This document shows positions 33,653 to 44,488 of a stretch of 64,000 bases of DNA, piece by piece. Position numbers and translations under genes: made by a program. The stretch is from positions 111 to 64,110 of the forward strand of contig JBASCW010000023.1 of the NCBI GenBank assembly GCA_049651845.1, in the 5' to 3' direction. This DNA is from Burkholderiales bacterium (GTDB lineage Bacteria; Pseudomonadota; Gammaproteobacteria; Burkholderiales; SG8-39). Each line of letters starts with the position of its first letter. The stretch's first letter is position 1. A model generated the notes under the pieces. That model saw only the letters and a program-made list of their open reading frames with translations. It did not search any database and had not been told where the DNA came from.

Positions 33653-34246
33653 ATGAAGGCCGAACGCGGAATCGCATCGAACGTCCGGGACATCATGCAG
33701 ATGTCCCCGATCGTCGCGCTTGCGATTGCGCTGTGCGCCTTGGGGCCCGGGATCGCGCGAGGCGCAGAGGACACGACGCCGAAGGCCGTCGAGCGCGAGG
33801 TCATTCCGGGAGCTGAGAAGCTGACGGCGGAGCAACGCGAAACCTATCGCCGCCGTATGGCTGCCGCCGCGACGGCGCAGGAGAAGGCGAAGATCCGCGC
33901 CGAATACGCGACCGCCGCGGAAAAGCCCGTTCCCGTGCTGGTCGGCGATCCTGCGAGAGGCGCCAAAGTCCACACCGCTTGCTTCTCCTGCCACGGTGTC
34001 GAGCGCTATGTCGCGCCGGTCACTTACCTCGCGGCGACGTTCATCGATTCGGTGCTGCGTGCGAGCGGGCTGTCCGACCTGCCGCCGGCCGAGCCGAAAA
34101 GCTTCAAGGGTCGGGCGAAATCGATCGACGAACTGCGCGCGGGCGTGGTGCGTCGCAACGATCTCCTCAATCCGAAGCTGACGCCGCAGGAGATCGAGGA
34201 CGTGGTTGCGTACCTGAACGCGACCTACTACAAGTTTCCGCAGTAA
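33653..34246 (+). CDS. Periplasmic c-type cytochrome (single CxxCH); exact start uncertain
   Basis: Signal-like segment, GAKVHTACFSCHG, C-terminal LTPQEIEDVVAYLN. Confidence 0.8.
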   Translation: MKAERGIASNVRDIMQMSPIVALAIALCALGPGIARGAEDTTPKAVEREVIPGAEKLTAEQRETYRRRMAAAATAQEKAKIRAEYATAAEKPVPVLVGDPARGAKVHTACFSCHGVERYVAPVTYLAATFIDSVLRASGLSDLPPAEPKSFKGRAKSIDELRAGVVRRNDLLNPKLTPQEIEDVVAYLNATYYKFPQ

Positions 34247-34331
34247 TCGGACGGCGTTAGCGTTCCGACGGTTCGCCGCAGGCTCTCGGGTGCATACTAG
34301 CAGCCCTTTTCACGAGCGTTCGGGATACTTC

Positions 34332-34490
34332 ATGAAAGCCATGCGTTGGGTGTTCTTCTTTCTCGCGGCCTGCGCAGGCTGCTTCGCCGACGGCAGCGTC
34401 AGGCGCGACATCTCGAAAGTGGCGCGCGTCTTCGTCGCCATCTTCAGCGTGCTGTTCGTGGTCGCCGAGGCGATGGAGCTGCTGAGCTAG
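34332..34490 (+). CDS. Small membrane protein, weakly DUF1328-like
   Basis: MKAMRWVFFFLA...ISKVARVFVAIFSVLFVV; start uncertain. Confidence 0.4.
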   Translation: MKAMRWVFFFLAACAGCFADGSVRRDISKVARVFVAIFSVLFVVAEAMELLS

Positions 34491-34644
34491 CCGGTTCACG
34501 GCGGTGCCGCTGGCGAGCACCGCCTTGCCCCACCTTGCCCCGGGGGTCTACCTGGAGATTCCGGGCGCGATGCCCTGCATCTGCTCGGTTCCCTGTCCCA
34601 TCTGTTGCTTTGCATTATAAAATCTGGCCGTCCCTGAGGAGGGT

Positions 34645-36606
34645 GTGATGGCGGAAAGTCTTGCCGGACTGGATACGTTTCCGAAGCTGCTGATGCATCA
34701 CGCGCGCGCGCGCGCGCAACGGCCGGCGATTCGCGAGAAGGACCTCGGCATCTGGCAGACCTGGAGCTGGCACCGCTTCGCCGAGGAAGTGCGCGCGCTC
34801 GCCTGCGGCCTCGCCGCGCACGGGTTCAAGCGGGGCGACCATCTCGCGCTCGTGGGAGCCAACCGGCCGCGCATCTACGCGGCCATGTGCGCGGCCCAGT
34901 GCCTGGGCGGCATCCCGGTGCCCCTCTATCAGGACGCAGTGGCGGCCGAGATGGCCTTCCCGATTCAGAACGCCGGCATTACGCATGCGCTGGCCGAAGA
35001 CCAGGAGCAGGTCGACAAGTTGCTGGAGATCCTGCCGCAATGCCCGGCGCTGGAGCGCGTCTACTACGACGAGCCGCGCGGCCTGCGCAACTACGCGCAG
35101 CCGCAGCTCATGAGCTGCGACAAGCTGACCGAGATCGGCCTCGAATCCTTTCGCCGCGATCCTGCGTACCTCGAGGCCGAGATCGCCAAGGGAGCTGCGA
35201 CGGACACGGCGGCGATGTTCTTCACCTCCGGTACTACCGGCAACCCGAAAGGCGTCGTACTCACGCATGCTGCGCTGATCGACCGGGCACGCGCCGCTGC
35301 GGAAATGGAAGGTTTGCGCGACACCGATGTGGTGCTCGCGTACCTGCCGCCGGCCTGGATCGGCCAGAACATCTTCTCCTATGCGCAACCCTTCGTGACC
35401 GGCTACTGCATCTGCTGCCCGGAGTCCGCGGAGACCGTGATGACCGATCTACGGGAGATCGGTCCGACCTACTATTTCGCGCCGCCGGCGGTGCTCGAAG
35501 GCCTGCTGACGCGCGTCTCGATCCGCATGGAGGATGCGAGCGCGGCAAAGCGCGCGATTTACCGCTACTTCATGGATGTCGCGCGCCGGGTAGGCGGTGC
35601 GATCCTCGACGGCAAGCAGGTGGGAGCGTTCGACCGGCTGTTGTACCGGTTGGGCGACTTCCTGATCTACGGTCCCCTGCGTAACGTGCTCGGCATGAGC
35701 CGGGTGCGCGTCGCGTACACTGCCGGAGAAGCGATCGGTCCCGACCTGTTCGTTTTCTACCGTTCCCTCGGCATCAACCTGAAGCAGCTCTACGGTTCGA
35801 CCGAAACCAGTGTTTTCGTGTGTATCCAGCCCAACGGCCAGGTCAAGTCGGACACCGTAGGCCCGGCGGTCGCGGGCGTCGAACTCAAGTTCACGCCCCA
35901 GCGCGAGCTGCTGATCCGCTCGCCCGGGCTGTTCAAGGAGTATTACCGGAACGCGGAGGCCACCGCCCAGGCGAAGGACGCGGAGGGCTGGTACCACACC
36001 GGCGACGCGGGCTATTTCGACGCGGACGGCCACGTCAAGATCATCGACCGGGTCAAGGATGTGGGCGCTCTATCCGACGGCACGCTGTTCGCACCCAAGT
36101 ACCTCGAGAACAAGCTCAAGTTCTTCCCCTACATCAAGGAGGCGGTGGCGTTCGGCAACGCGCGCGATCGCGTGTGCGTGTTCATCAACTTCGACATGGA
36201 GGCGGTGGGCAACTGGGCCGAACGGCGCAATCTGCCCTACGCGGGCTACGTCGACCTGGCTTCGCGCGACGAGGTCTATGCGCTGATCGGCGAGTGCATC
36301 GAGAAGGTGAACCTCGACCTGTCGCAAGACCGCGAACTCGCCAACTCCCAGATTCATCGCTTCCTGATCCTGCACAAGGAGCTGGACGCCGATGACGGCG
36401 AACTGACCCGCTCGCGCAAGGTCCGGCGCGGCCACATCGGTGAGAAGTACGGCACGCTGGTGGGCGCGCTCTACGGCGGCAAACAGCGGGTACACGTCGA
36501 GGCCCAGGTGCGCTATGAGGATGGCCGCACGGGTACCATCTCCGCGGACGTGAAGATCCGCGACCTGAAGACCTTCCCCGCCGCCGCGGCAAGGAAGGCC
36601 GCCTGA
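34645..36606 (+). CDS. Long-chain acyl-CoA synthetase (AMP-binding)
   Basis: FTSGTTGNPKG, YGSTE, GWYHTGDAG. Confidence 0.93.
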   Translation: MMAESLAGLDTFPKLLMHHARARAQRPAIREKDLGIWQTWSWHRFAEEVRALACGLAAHGFKRGDHLALVGANRPRIYAAMCAAQCLGGIPVPLYQDAVAAEMAFPIQNAGITHALAEDQEQVDKLLEILPQCPALERVYYDEPRGLRNYAQPQLMSCDKLTEIGLESFRRDPAYLEAEIAKGAATDTAAMFFTSGTTGNPKGVVLTHAALIDRARAAAEMEGLRDTDVVLAYLPPAWIGQNIFSYAQPFVTGYCICCPESAETVMTDLREIGPTYYFAPPAVLEGLLTRVSIRMEDASAAKRAIYRYFMDVARRVGGAILDGKQVGAFDRLLYRLGDFLIYGPLRNVLGMSRVRVAYTAGEAIGPDLFVFYRSLGINLKQLYGSTETSVFVCIQPNGQVKSDTVGPAVAGVELKFTPQRELLIRSPGLFKEYYRNAEATAQAKDAEGWYHTGDAGYFDADGHVKIIDRVKDVGALSDGTLFAPKYLENKLKFFPYIKEAVAFGNARDRVCVFINFDMEAVGNWAERRNLPYAGYVDLASRDEVYALIGECIEKVNLDLSQDRELANSQIHRFLILHKELDADDGELTRSRKVRRGHIGEKYGTLVGALYGGKQRVHVEAQVRYEDGRTGTISADVKIRDLKTFPAAAARKAA

Positions 36607-37397
36607 TGGCGGAAAAGGGCCGCAAAGTTGGTGAGGTAGTCCTCGAGGTTGAGGGCGTGTCGCTGTCCTTCGGCGGCGTGCGGGCGCTCAGCGAGGTCTC
36701 GTTCGACGTGCGCGAGCACGAGGTGCGCGCGATCATCGGTCCCAACGGCGCCGGCAAGAGCTCGATGCTCAACGTCATCAACGGCGTCTATCACCCGCAG
36801 AAGGGGACGATTCGCTACCTGGGGCGCGAATTCCACGACATGGATCCGCACGCGGTTGCCCTGAGCGGGATCGCGCGCACGTTTCAGAGCCTCGCCCTTT
36901 TCAAGGGCATGTCGGTGCTGGACAACATCATGTCGGGGCGCAATCTGAAGATGCACTCCAACATCCTGTTGCAGGCGCTGCGCGTCGGCCCAGCGCTGCG
37001 CGAGGAGATCGAGCACCGCGCGGTGGTCGAGCAGATCATTGATTTCCTCGAGATCCAGGCCTACCGCAAGACGCCGGTAGGCCGCCTTCCTTACGGCCTG
37101 CAGAAGCGGGTGGATCTGGCGCGCGCACTGGCGATGGAGCCCCGCATCCTGCTGCTGGACGAGCCCATGGCCGGCATGAACATGGAGGAGAAGCAGGACA
37201 TGTGCCGCTTCATCCTCGACGTGAACGACCAGTTCGGCACCACCATCGTGCTGATCGAGCACGACATGAGTGTGGTGATGGACATCTCGGACCGCGTGGT
37301 GGTGCTCGACTACGGCAAGAAGATCGGCGACGGCTCGCCGGATGACGTGCGCGCCAACCAGGCCGTGATCGACGCCTACCTCGGCGTGAGTCACTAA
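36606..37397 (+). CDS. LivG-type ABC ATP-binding protein
   Basis: GPNGAGKSS, LPYGLQKR, LLDEP. Confidence 0.93.
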   Translation: MAEKGRKVGEVVLEVEGVSLSFGGVRALSEVSFDVREHEVRAIIGPNGAGKSSMLNVINGVYHPQKGTIRYLGREFHDMDPHAVALSGIARTFQSLALFKGMSVLDNIMSGRNLKMHSNILLQALRVGPALREEIEHRAVVEQIIDFLEIQAYRKTPVGRLPYGLQKRVDLARALAMEPRILLLDEPMAGMNMEEKQDMCRFILDVNDQFGTTIVLIEHDMSVVMDISDRVVVLDYGKKIGDGSPDDVRANQAVIDAYLGVSH

Positions 37398-37401
37398 GTC
37401 C

Positions 37402-38403
37402 ATGAAAAAACACTGGCCCGTCCTGACCCTTGGCCTGGCGCTGCTCGCCGGCCTGGTGGCGCCTTTTGCCGACAAGTCCACGGCACCGGGTTTCTACGTC
37501 GAAGTGCTGCTCGGGGGGCTGATGGCGGGTGTGCTGTATTCGCTCGTCGCGCTCGGCTTTGCGCTCATCTTCAAGGCCTCCGGCGTGTTCAATTTCGCGC
37601 AAGGGGCGATGGTACTGTTCGCCGCGCTTGCGGTCGCGCGCCTGGCCGAGCAGATGCCGCTCTGGGTGGCGATTCTGGCGGCGACGGCGATCATGGTGTT
37701 GCTCGCGTGGCTGATCGAGCGGCTGGTGCTGCGCCCGCTCGTCAACCAGGAGGGCGTGGCGCTGCTGATGGCGACGCTGGGGGTCACCTACTTCCTCGAC
37801 GGCTTCGGCCAGACGGTCTGGGGCAGCGACATTTACAAGATCAATCTGGGCATCGCCAAGGAGCCGGTGATGATCCTGGACAAGGTGTTCCAGGGCGGGA
37901 TTCTCGTCAACAAGGAGGATTTCGTCGCCGCGCTCGTTGCTGCGGCGCTGGTGGGCGGTCTGGTGCTGTTTTTCCAGAAGACCTCGACCGGCCGGGCGCT
38001 GCGTGCCGTCGCGGACGATCACCAGGCGGCGCAGTCCATCGGCATACCCCTGAACCGGATCTGGTGGATCGTCTGGGCGGTGGCGGGATTCGTCGCGCTG
38101 GTCGCGGGTGTGATCTGGGGATCGCAGCTGGGGGTGCAGTTTTCGCTCTCCCAGGTTGCGCTCAAGGCGCTGCCGGTGGTGATCCTGGGCGGCTTTACCT
38201 CGATTGCCGGCGCGATCGTCGGCGGGTTGATCATCGGCGTCGGAGAGAAGATGGCCGAGGTGTTTCTCGGCCCGATACTGGTCAAGGCCTTTGACCTTGC
38301 CGGCGGCGGCATCGAGAACTGGTTCGCCTATGTGCTCGCGCTGCTGTTCCTGCTGGTGAGGCCCGAGGGCCTTTTCGGCGAAAAGCACATCGACAGGGTC
38401 TGA
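37402..38403 (+). CDS. LivH-type ABC permease
   Basis: LVALGFALIFKASGVFNFAQG; multiple TM segments. Confidence 0.92.
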   Translation: MKKHWPVLTLGLALLAGLVAPFADKSTAPGFYVEVLLGGLMAGVLYSLVALGFALIFKASGVFNFAQGAMVLFAALAVARLAEQMPLWVAILAATAIMVLLAWLIERLVLRPLVNQEGVALLMATLGVTYFLDGFGQTVWGSDIYKINLGIAKEPVMILDKVFQGGILVNKEDFVAALVAAALVGGLVLFFQKTSTGRALRAVADDHQAAQSIGIPLNRIWWIVWAVAGFVALVAGVIWGSQLGVQFSLSQVALKALPVVILGGFTSIAGAIVGGLIIGVGEKMAEVFLGPILVKAFDLAGGGIENWFAYVLALLFLLVRPEGLFGEKHIDRV

Positions 38404-38405
38404 CC

Positions 38406-39470
38406 ATGCTCTACCGCGAAAACGGCCAGTTCAAGTCCACCTATGCCTCGGATCAGCAGATGCTGCCGATCGCGCAGGACCGGCTGTTCATGTTCGGCCT
38501 GCTCGCGTTCGCGTTCCTCGTGGTGCCCTTCGTCGTTTCGGACTACGTGTTCCTGTCGCTGCTGATCCCCTTCCTCATCCTCGCGCTGGCGGCGATCGGC
38601 CTCAACATCCTCGTGGGCTACTGCGGCCAGATCTCGATCGGCCACGCATCCTTCATGGCGGTCGGCGCCTACGCGGCGTACAACCTGGTCCTGCGCGTCC
38701 CGCAGCTGAACTTCCTCGTGGTGCTGGTGTTGGCGGGCCTGGTCGCCGCGGCGCTCGGCATGATCTTCGGTGTGCCGAGCCTGCGAATCAAGGGCCTGTA
38801 CCTCGCGGTTGCCACATTGGCGGCGCAGTTCTTCACCGACTGGATGTTCGCGCGCGTCAAGTGGTTCACGAACTACTCGTCTTCGGGCTCGGTGTCCACC
38901 GCGGCGATCGAGATGTTCGGCTGGAAGATCGACGCGCCGGTCGAGAAGTACCTGTTCCTGCTCGCGGTGTTGATCTTCTTCACGCTGGTGGCGAAGAACC
39001 TGGTGCGCGGGCGCATCGGCCGCGAGTGGATGGCGATGCGCGACATGGACGTCGCCGCCGAGGTCATCGGCATCCGGCCGGTCTACGCCAAGCTCACGGC
39101 GTTCGGCGTGAGCGCGTTCTATTGCGGGGTGGCGGGCGCGCTCTGGGGCTTCGTCTACCTCGGCGCCTGGGAGCCGCTCGCCTTCAGCCTCACGCTGTCC
39201 CTGAACCTGCTGTTCATGATCATCATCGGCGGCATGGGCTCGCTGCTGGGCTGCTTCTTTGGCGCCGCGTTCATCGTGGTCCTGCCGATCCTGCTGGACC
39301 AGGTCCCGCTCTGGCTGGGGGTGCCGATTTCGACGGCCATGGCCTCCCATCTGGCGCTCATGATCTTCGGTGCGCTGATCGTGTTTTTCCTGATCGTGGA
39401 GCCGCACGGCCTCGCCCGGCTCTGGGCCATCGGCAAGGAGAAGCTGAGGTTGTGGCCTTTCCCCCATTGA
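38406..39470 (+). CDS. LivM-type ABC permease
   Basis: GLNILVGYCGQISIGH, MIIIGGMGS. Confidence 0.92.
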   Translation: MLYRENGQFKSTYASDQQMLPIAQDRLFMFGLLAFAFLVVPFVVSDYVFLSLLIPFLILALAAIGLNILVGYCGQISIGHASFMAVGAYAAYNLVLRVPQLNFLVVLVLAGLVAAALGMIFGVPSLRIKGLYLAVATLAAQFFTDWMFARVKWFTNYSSSGSVSTAAIEMFGWKIDAPVEKYLFLLAVLIFFTLVAKNLVRGRIGREWMAMRDMDVAAEVIGIRPVYAKLTAFGVSAFYCGVAGALWGFVYLGAWEPLAFSLTLSLNLLFMIIIGGMGSLLGCFFGAAFIVVLPILLDQVPLWLGVPISTAMASHLALMIFGALIVFFLIVEPHGLARLWAIGKEKLRLWPFPH

Positions 39471-39514
39471 CGGGGTTATCATCTTGTTCGCTACACATAC
39501 TGGAGGGGGTTGAA

Positions 39515-40885
39515 ATGAAAACGAAATTTGCAGCATTGGCGATTTCGGCGGCCGTGGCGGCGATCGGCAGCACCGCGGCGTTCGCGCAGGCCAAGAAGGC
39601 GGAGGTGAAGAAGATGGAGGCTCCGTCCAAAGGCGGGGAGCAGTTCTTTCCAGTGCTCTCGTACCGGACCGGCGCCTACGCGCCGAACGGCATCCCGTTC
39701 GCCAACGGCTATGTCGACTACCTGAAGCTGGTCAATGCGCGCGACGGCGGCATCAACGGCGTCAAGATCACGTTCGAGGAATGCGAGACCGGCTACGCGA
39801 CCGACAAGGGCGTGGAATGCTACGAGCGCCTGAAAGGCAAGGGCCCGACCGGCGCGGCGGTGTTGCACACGCTCTCGACGGGGATCACCTATGCGGTCAC
39901 GGACAAGACCTTCACCGACAAGATTCCGATCATCACCGCGGGCTACGGCCGTGCCGATTCGGTGGACGGGACGGTGTTTGGCTATAACTTCCCGCTTGGC
40001 GGCACCTACTGGGACGCGGCGGACATGCTGGTCCAGTACATCGGCAAGAAGGAAGGCGGTCTGGACAAGCTCAAGGGCAAGAAAATCGCGCTCGTCTACC
40101 ACGACTCGCCCTACGGCAAGGAGCCGATCGCGTTGCTCGAGGAGCGCAAGAAGATGCACGGCTACGACCTGCTGCTGCTACCCGTGACCCACCCGGGCGT
40201 GGAGCAGAAGGCCACCTGGCTGCAGATCCGGCAGCAGCGCCCGGACTACGTGTTCCTCTGGGGCTGGGGCGTGATGAACTCGACCTCGATCAAGGAAGCG
40301 GTCGCCACCGGCTACCCGCGCGAGAAGATGTACGGCGTGTGGTGGTCTGGAGCGGAACCCGATGTTACGCCGGCCGGCGAGGGCGCGAAGGGATACAACT
40401 CGCTGGTGTTTCTCGCGCCCGCTGGCATGGGCGCCGTGCACAAGGACATCGTCAAGTTCGTGCATGAAAAGGGGCAGGCGACCGGCAACAAGGAAGGCTT
40501 CGGCGAAGTGCTCTACAACCGCGGCCTGACGGCAGCGCTTCTGTCGGTGGAAGGCGTGCGCAAGGCACAGGTCAAGTACGGCAAGAAGCCTCTCAAGGGC
40601 GAGGAAGTGCGCTGGGGCCTGGAGAACCTGCATATCGACGACGCGGCGATCAAGAAGCTCGGCTTCGACGGCTTCATGACGCCGGTGAGCACGAGCTGCG
40701 TCAACCACTCCGGAGAGGCACAGGCGACGATGCACACCTGGAACGGCAAGCAATGGGTGATCGAGAAGGGCACGCTGCTCAAGGCGGACTCGACGATCAT
40801 CAAGCCGATGATCCGCGCCTCGGCCGAGAAGTATGCGGCCGAGAAGAAGGTCACCAGGCGCGACTGCGCCAAGGAAGCGGGCTGA
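39515..40885 (+). CDS. ABC substrate-binding protein (Liv/peripla_BP_6 type)
   Basis: GGAGG RBS, ATG 39515 (MKTKFAALA...), signal peptide, YRTGAYAPNG. Confidence 0.9.
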   Translation: MKTKFAALAISAAVAAIGSTAAFAQAKKAEVKKMEAPSKGGEQFFPVLSYRTGAYAPNGIPFANGYVDYLKLVNARDGGINGVKITFEECETGYATDKGVECYERLKGKGPTGAAVLHTLSTGITYAVTDKTFTDKIPIITAGYGRADSVDGTVFGYNFPLGGTYWDAADMLVQYIGKKEGGLDKLKGKKIALVYHDSPYGKEPIALLEERKKMHGYDLLLLPVTHPGVEQKATWLQIRQQRPDYVFLWGWGVMNSTSIKEAVATGYPREKMYGVWWSGAEPDVTPAGEGAKGYNSLVFLAPAGMGAVHKDIVKFVHEKGQATGNKEGFGEVLYNRGLTAALLSVEGVRKAQVKYGKKPLKGEEVRWGLENLHIDDAAIKKLGFDGFMTPVSTSCVNHSGEAQATMHTWNGKQWVIEKGTLLKADSTIIKPMIRASAEKYAAEKKVTRRDCAKEAG

Positions 40886-40958
40886 TCTTCGAAGGATAGA
40901 CAGGCAGGGCAAGACGGCGCCGGGCGCACCCGGCGCCGTTTTCTTGTAGAGGAGCCGC

Positions 40959-41762
40959 ATGTCGGATGCCCCGGTGATGCTGTCGGTGAACGGCATCGAA
41001 GTGATCTACAACCACGTGATCCTCGTGCTCAAGGGCGTCTCGCTCACGGTGCGCGAGGGCGGCATCGTCGCGCTGCTCGGCGCCAATGGCGCCGGCAAGA
41101 CCACCACGCTGCGCGCGGTCTCCAACCTGCTCAAGGCCGAGCGCGGCGAGGTCACCAAGGGCTACATCGAGTACATGGGTGAGCGCATCGAGCGGCTGAC
41201 GCCCGCGGACCTGGTCAAGCGCGGCGTGGTGCAGGTGATGGAGGGGCGCCACTGCTTCGCGCACCTCACCGTCGAAGACAACCTGCTCACGGGCGCCTAC
41301 ACGCGCAGCGGCGCCGAGACGCGCGAGGGCCTGGAGCGCGTCTACACGTACTTCCCGCGCCTCAAAGAACGGCGCAGCTCGCAATCGGGCTACACCTCAG
41401 GCGGCGAGCAGCAAATGACGGCGATCGGCCGCGCGCTCATGGCGCGGCCGAAGATGATCCTGCTCGACGAGCCCTCGATGGGCCTCGCGCCGCAGTTGGT
41501 CGAGGAGATCTTCGAGATCGTCAAGGAGCTGAACGCCAGGGAGCGCGTGAGCTTCCTGCTCGCCGAGCAGAACACCAACATCGCGCTCAGGTACGCGGGC
41601 TACGGCTACATCCTCGAGAACGGCCGCGTGGTCATGGACGGCGAGGGCGCCGAGCTCGCGCAGAACGAGGACGTCAAGGAGTTCTACCTCGGCTTCTCCT
41701 CCGGCGGGCGCAAGAGCTTCCGCGACGTGAAGTCCTACCGACGCCGCAAGCGCTGGCTTTGA
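40959..41762 (+). CDS. LivF-type ABC ATP-binding protein
   Basis: GANGAGKTT, SGGEQQM, LLDEPSMGLAP. Confidence 0.93.
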   Translation: MSDAPVMLSVNGIEVIYNHVILVLKGVSLTVREGGIVALLGANGAGKTTTLRAVSNLLKAERGEVTKGYIEYMGERIERLTPADLVKRGVVQVMEGRHCFAHLTVEDNLLTGAYTRSGAETREGLERVYTYFPRLKERRSSQSGYTSGGEQQMTAIGRALMARPKMILLDEPSMGLAPQLVEEIFEIVKELNARERVSFLLAEQNTNIALRYAGYGYILENGRVVMDGEGAELAQNEDVKEFYLGFSSGGRKSFRDVKSYRRRKRWL

Positions 41763-43021
41763 AGACCAAGAGACTCGAACACTTCGACAGGTTCGAGACG
41801 CGCTCGCCGAAGGCGCGCGAGGCGGCGCTGCTCGCGGCGCTGCCCAGGCAGATCGCGCACGCCAAGCGTCGCGCGCCCGGGTTCTCCAGGATTCTCGAAA
41901 AAGTGAAGCCGGAGAAGATCAGGAGCCGCGCGGCGCTCGCGGCGCTGCCGGTCACGCGCAAGTCCGACCTCGCGGCGCTGCAGGCGGCCGAGCGGCCGCT
42001 CGGCGGCCTGAACGCGACGCCGGTGGCGAAGCTTGCCAAGATCTTCATGTCGCCCGGGCCGATCTATGAGCCGGAGGGCCGCGCGAAGAACTGGTGGCGC
42101 TCGGCGCGAGCCCTGTACGCAGGCGGCTTCCGCGCCGGCGACCTGGTCGCCAATACCTTCGCCTACCATTTCACGCCCGCGGGCTCGATGCTCGAGTCGG
42201 GCGCGCTCGCGATCGGCTGCACCGTGGTGCCCGCGGGCACCGGGCAGACCGAGCTGCAGGTGGCGGCGATCCGCGACCTGGGCATCGCCGGCTACATCGG
42301 CACGCCCTCGTTCCTGAAGCTGATCGTGGAGAAGGCAGCCGAATCGGGCGCCGACATCTCGTCGCTCAGGAAGGCGCACGTCGGCGGCGAATACCTGCCG
42401 CCCGCGCTGCGCCAGGCGATGCTCGAGCGCGGCATCCACGTGACGCAGAGCTACGGCTCGGCCGATCTCGGCTCGATCGCCTACGAGTCGCTCGCGGCCG
42501 ACGGCTCGGTCAATCCCGGCATGATCCTGGACGAAGGCCTGCTGCTCGAGATCGTGCGCCCGGGAACGGGCGACCCGCTGCCTGCCGGCGAAGTGGGCGA
42601 AGTGGTGGTTACGACCTTCAATCGCGACTACCCGCTCGTTCGCTTCGGCACGGGCGACCTGTCGGCGATCCTGCCGGGTACCAGCCGCTGCGGGCGCACC
42701 AACACCCGCATCCGCGGCTGGTTGGGCCGCGCCGACCAGACCACCAAGGTGCGCGCGATGTTCGTCACGCCCAAGCAGGTCGGCGAGATCGTGCGGCGCC
42801 ACCCGGAGATCCTCAAGGCGCGCCTGGTCGTCGAAGGCGAGACCGGCAACGACCGCATGACGCTCAAGTGCGAAGTGCGCGCGCGCCCAGAAAACCTGGC
42901 AGCGGCGATCGTCGCCTCGATCCGCGAGCTCACCAAGCTGCGCGGCGAGTGCGAGCTCGTCGATCCCGGCACCCTGCCGAACGACGGCAAAGTGATCGAA
43001 GATGCGCGCAAGTACGACTAA
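41759..43021 (+). CDS. PaaK-like (phenylacetate-CoA ligase family) adenylate-forming enzyme
   Basis: SPGPIYEP, YIGTPSFL, RFGTGDLS, GRADQTTKVR. Confidence 0.88.
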   Translation: MKTKRLEHFDRFETRSPKAREAALLAALPRQIAHAKRRAPGFSRILEKVKPEKIRSRAALAALPVTRKSDLAALQAAERPLGGLNATPVAKLAKIFMSPGPIYEPEGRAKNWWRSARALYAGGFRAGDLVANTFAYHFTPAGSMLESGALAIGCTVVPAGTGQTELQVAAIRDLGIAGYIGTPSFLKLIVEKAAESGADISSLRKAHVGGEYLPPALRQAMLERGIHVTQSYGSADLGSIAYESLAADGSVNPGMILDEGLLLEIVRPGTGDPLPAGEVGEVVVTTFNRDYPLVRFGTGDLSAILPGTSRCGRTNTRIRGWLGRADQTTKVRAMFVTPKQVGEIVRRHPEILKARLVVEGETGNDRMTLKCEVRARPENLAAAIVASIRELTKLRGECELVDPGTLPNDGKVIEDARKYD

Positions 43022-43037
43022 CCGAGGAGGCAGGACA

Positions 43038-43844
43038 ATGCTGAGGCTCTTGGTATCGCTGTTGGCGCTCGTGTTTTCGGGCGCGCTGCTGGCACAGGGC
43101 AAGACGGAAGTGCTGTGGCTGGGACAGGCGGCATTCCGCATCGCCACGCCGGGAGGCAAGGTCATCGTGATCGATCCCTGGCTGAAGACCAATCCGAAGA
43201 CGCCGGCGCAGTACAAGGACCTGGCTGCGCTGGGCAAGGTTGACGTGGTGCTGGTCACGCACGCGCACTTCGACCATGTCGCGGACGCGGCCGAGCTCGC
43301 CAAGCTGAACAAGGCCCGGCTCTACGCGCCGCCCGGGCTGTCCGGCACGCTGGTGACGCTGGGCGAGATCCCTGCCGATCTCGCGCCGGGCATGAACAAG
43401 AGCGGCATCGTCACGCCGCTCGGTCCGGAGATCAAGTTCCACATGGTGCGCGCAGAGCACAGCTCGGAGTACCGCTGGAAGGACCCGGCCACGGGCAAGG
43501 AGCAGATGTTCCCGGGCGGCGAGCCGGTGGGCTGGATCATCGAGCTGGAGAATGGCTTCAAGATCTACCACATGGGCGATACGGGCCTGTTCGGCGACAT
43601 GCGCTTCATCGGCGAGTTCTACAAGCCCGACCTGGTGCTGCTGCCAATCGGCGGCAACTTCACCATCAACGCGCAGCTGGGCGCCTATGCCATCCGCGAG
43701 CTGATCAAGCCGAAATTCGCGATTCCGATGCACTACGGCACCTTCCCGATCCTCGCGGGCAAGCCCGAGGACTTCGTCAGCGGCCTGGGCAACGCGCCGA
43801 CGAAGGTGTTCGTGCTCCAGCCCGGCGAGAAGGCGAGCTTCTAG
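43038..43844 (+). CDS. Metal-dependent hydrolase, beta-lactamase fold
   Basis: [21 protein letters not shown]; signal peptide. Confidence 0.88.
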   Translation: MLRLLVSLLALVFSGALLAQGKTEVLWLGQAAFRIATPGGKVIVIDPWLKTNPKTPAQYKDLAALGKVDVVLVTHAHFDHVADAAELAKLNKARLYAPPGLSGTLVTLGEIPADLAPGMNKSGIVTPLGPEIKFHMVRAEHSSEYRWKDPATGKEQMFPGGEPVGWIIELENGFKIYHMGDTGLFGDMRFIGEFYKPDLVLLPIGGNFTINAQLGAYAIRELIKPKFAIPMHYGTFPILAGKPEDFVSGLGNAPTKVFVLQPGEKASF

Positions 43845-44458
43845 GTTTTGCGGGCGGCTGCGACGGGCAAACCGTCCAGCCGCTGCATCTCCTCGTTTTG
43901 CAGGATCGCCGGATCGGCCAGGAAGGCGCGCAGGAACCCGATCGAATCGGCGCCCCAGAACAGCTCGCCGTCCACCTCGAAGGTCGGCACGCCGAACACG
44001 CCGCGCGCCACGGCAGCTTCCGTGTTCTTCCTGAGGATGTTCTTGGCTTCCGGGTCTTGTTCGGCAATCCCGAGCTTCCTGGAAAGCGTTGCAAACCGTT
44101 CCGGATCGGAAGCATCGGCGCCGGTGGTCCAGATGTCGTCGAAGATCGCGCGGATCGCCTCGGGCCTCGAGCCGCAGGCGATCGCCAGGCGCAGGTGGTG
44201 CAGCGGGTTGAAGGGGTGCGCGGCCGGGTAGCGCAAGGGCAGGCCGAGGCTGTGCGCCCACCAGTGGCTCCAGCGGTAGGTGTAGCGCCGCTTGGTCGGC
44301 AGCTCCGCCGGGCCCTTCTGTCCCCAGTGGTCGAGAATGCCCGCGAACAGCACCGGCCGGTATTCGATCCGCAGGTCGTGCGGCAGTTCCTTGAGCCGGT
44401 GCAGGCCGATGTAGGCGAAGGGCGAGACGAAATCGAAATACCAGATCGTGGTGCGCAT
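43841..44458 (-). CDS. 2-hydroxychromene-2-carboxylate isomerase/DsbA-like (GST kappa) protein
   Basis: [23 protein letters not shown]. Confidence 0.9.
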   Translation of the reverse strand: MRTTIWYFDFVSPFAYIGLHRLKELPHDLRIEYRPVLFAGILDHWGQKGPAELPTKRRYTYRWSHWWAHSLGLPLRYPAAHPFNPLHHLRLAIACGSRPEAIRAIFDDIWTTGADASDPERFATLSRKLGIAEQDPEAKNILRKNTEAAVARGVFGVPTFEVDGELFWGADSIGFLRAFLADPAILQNEEMQRLDGLPVAAARKT

Positions 44459-44488
44459 GGATTGCTATCCTTGCTTCAAGGAGGACCC

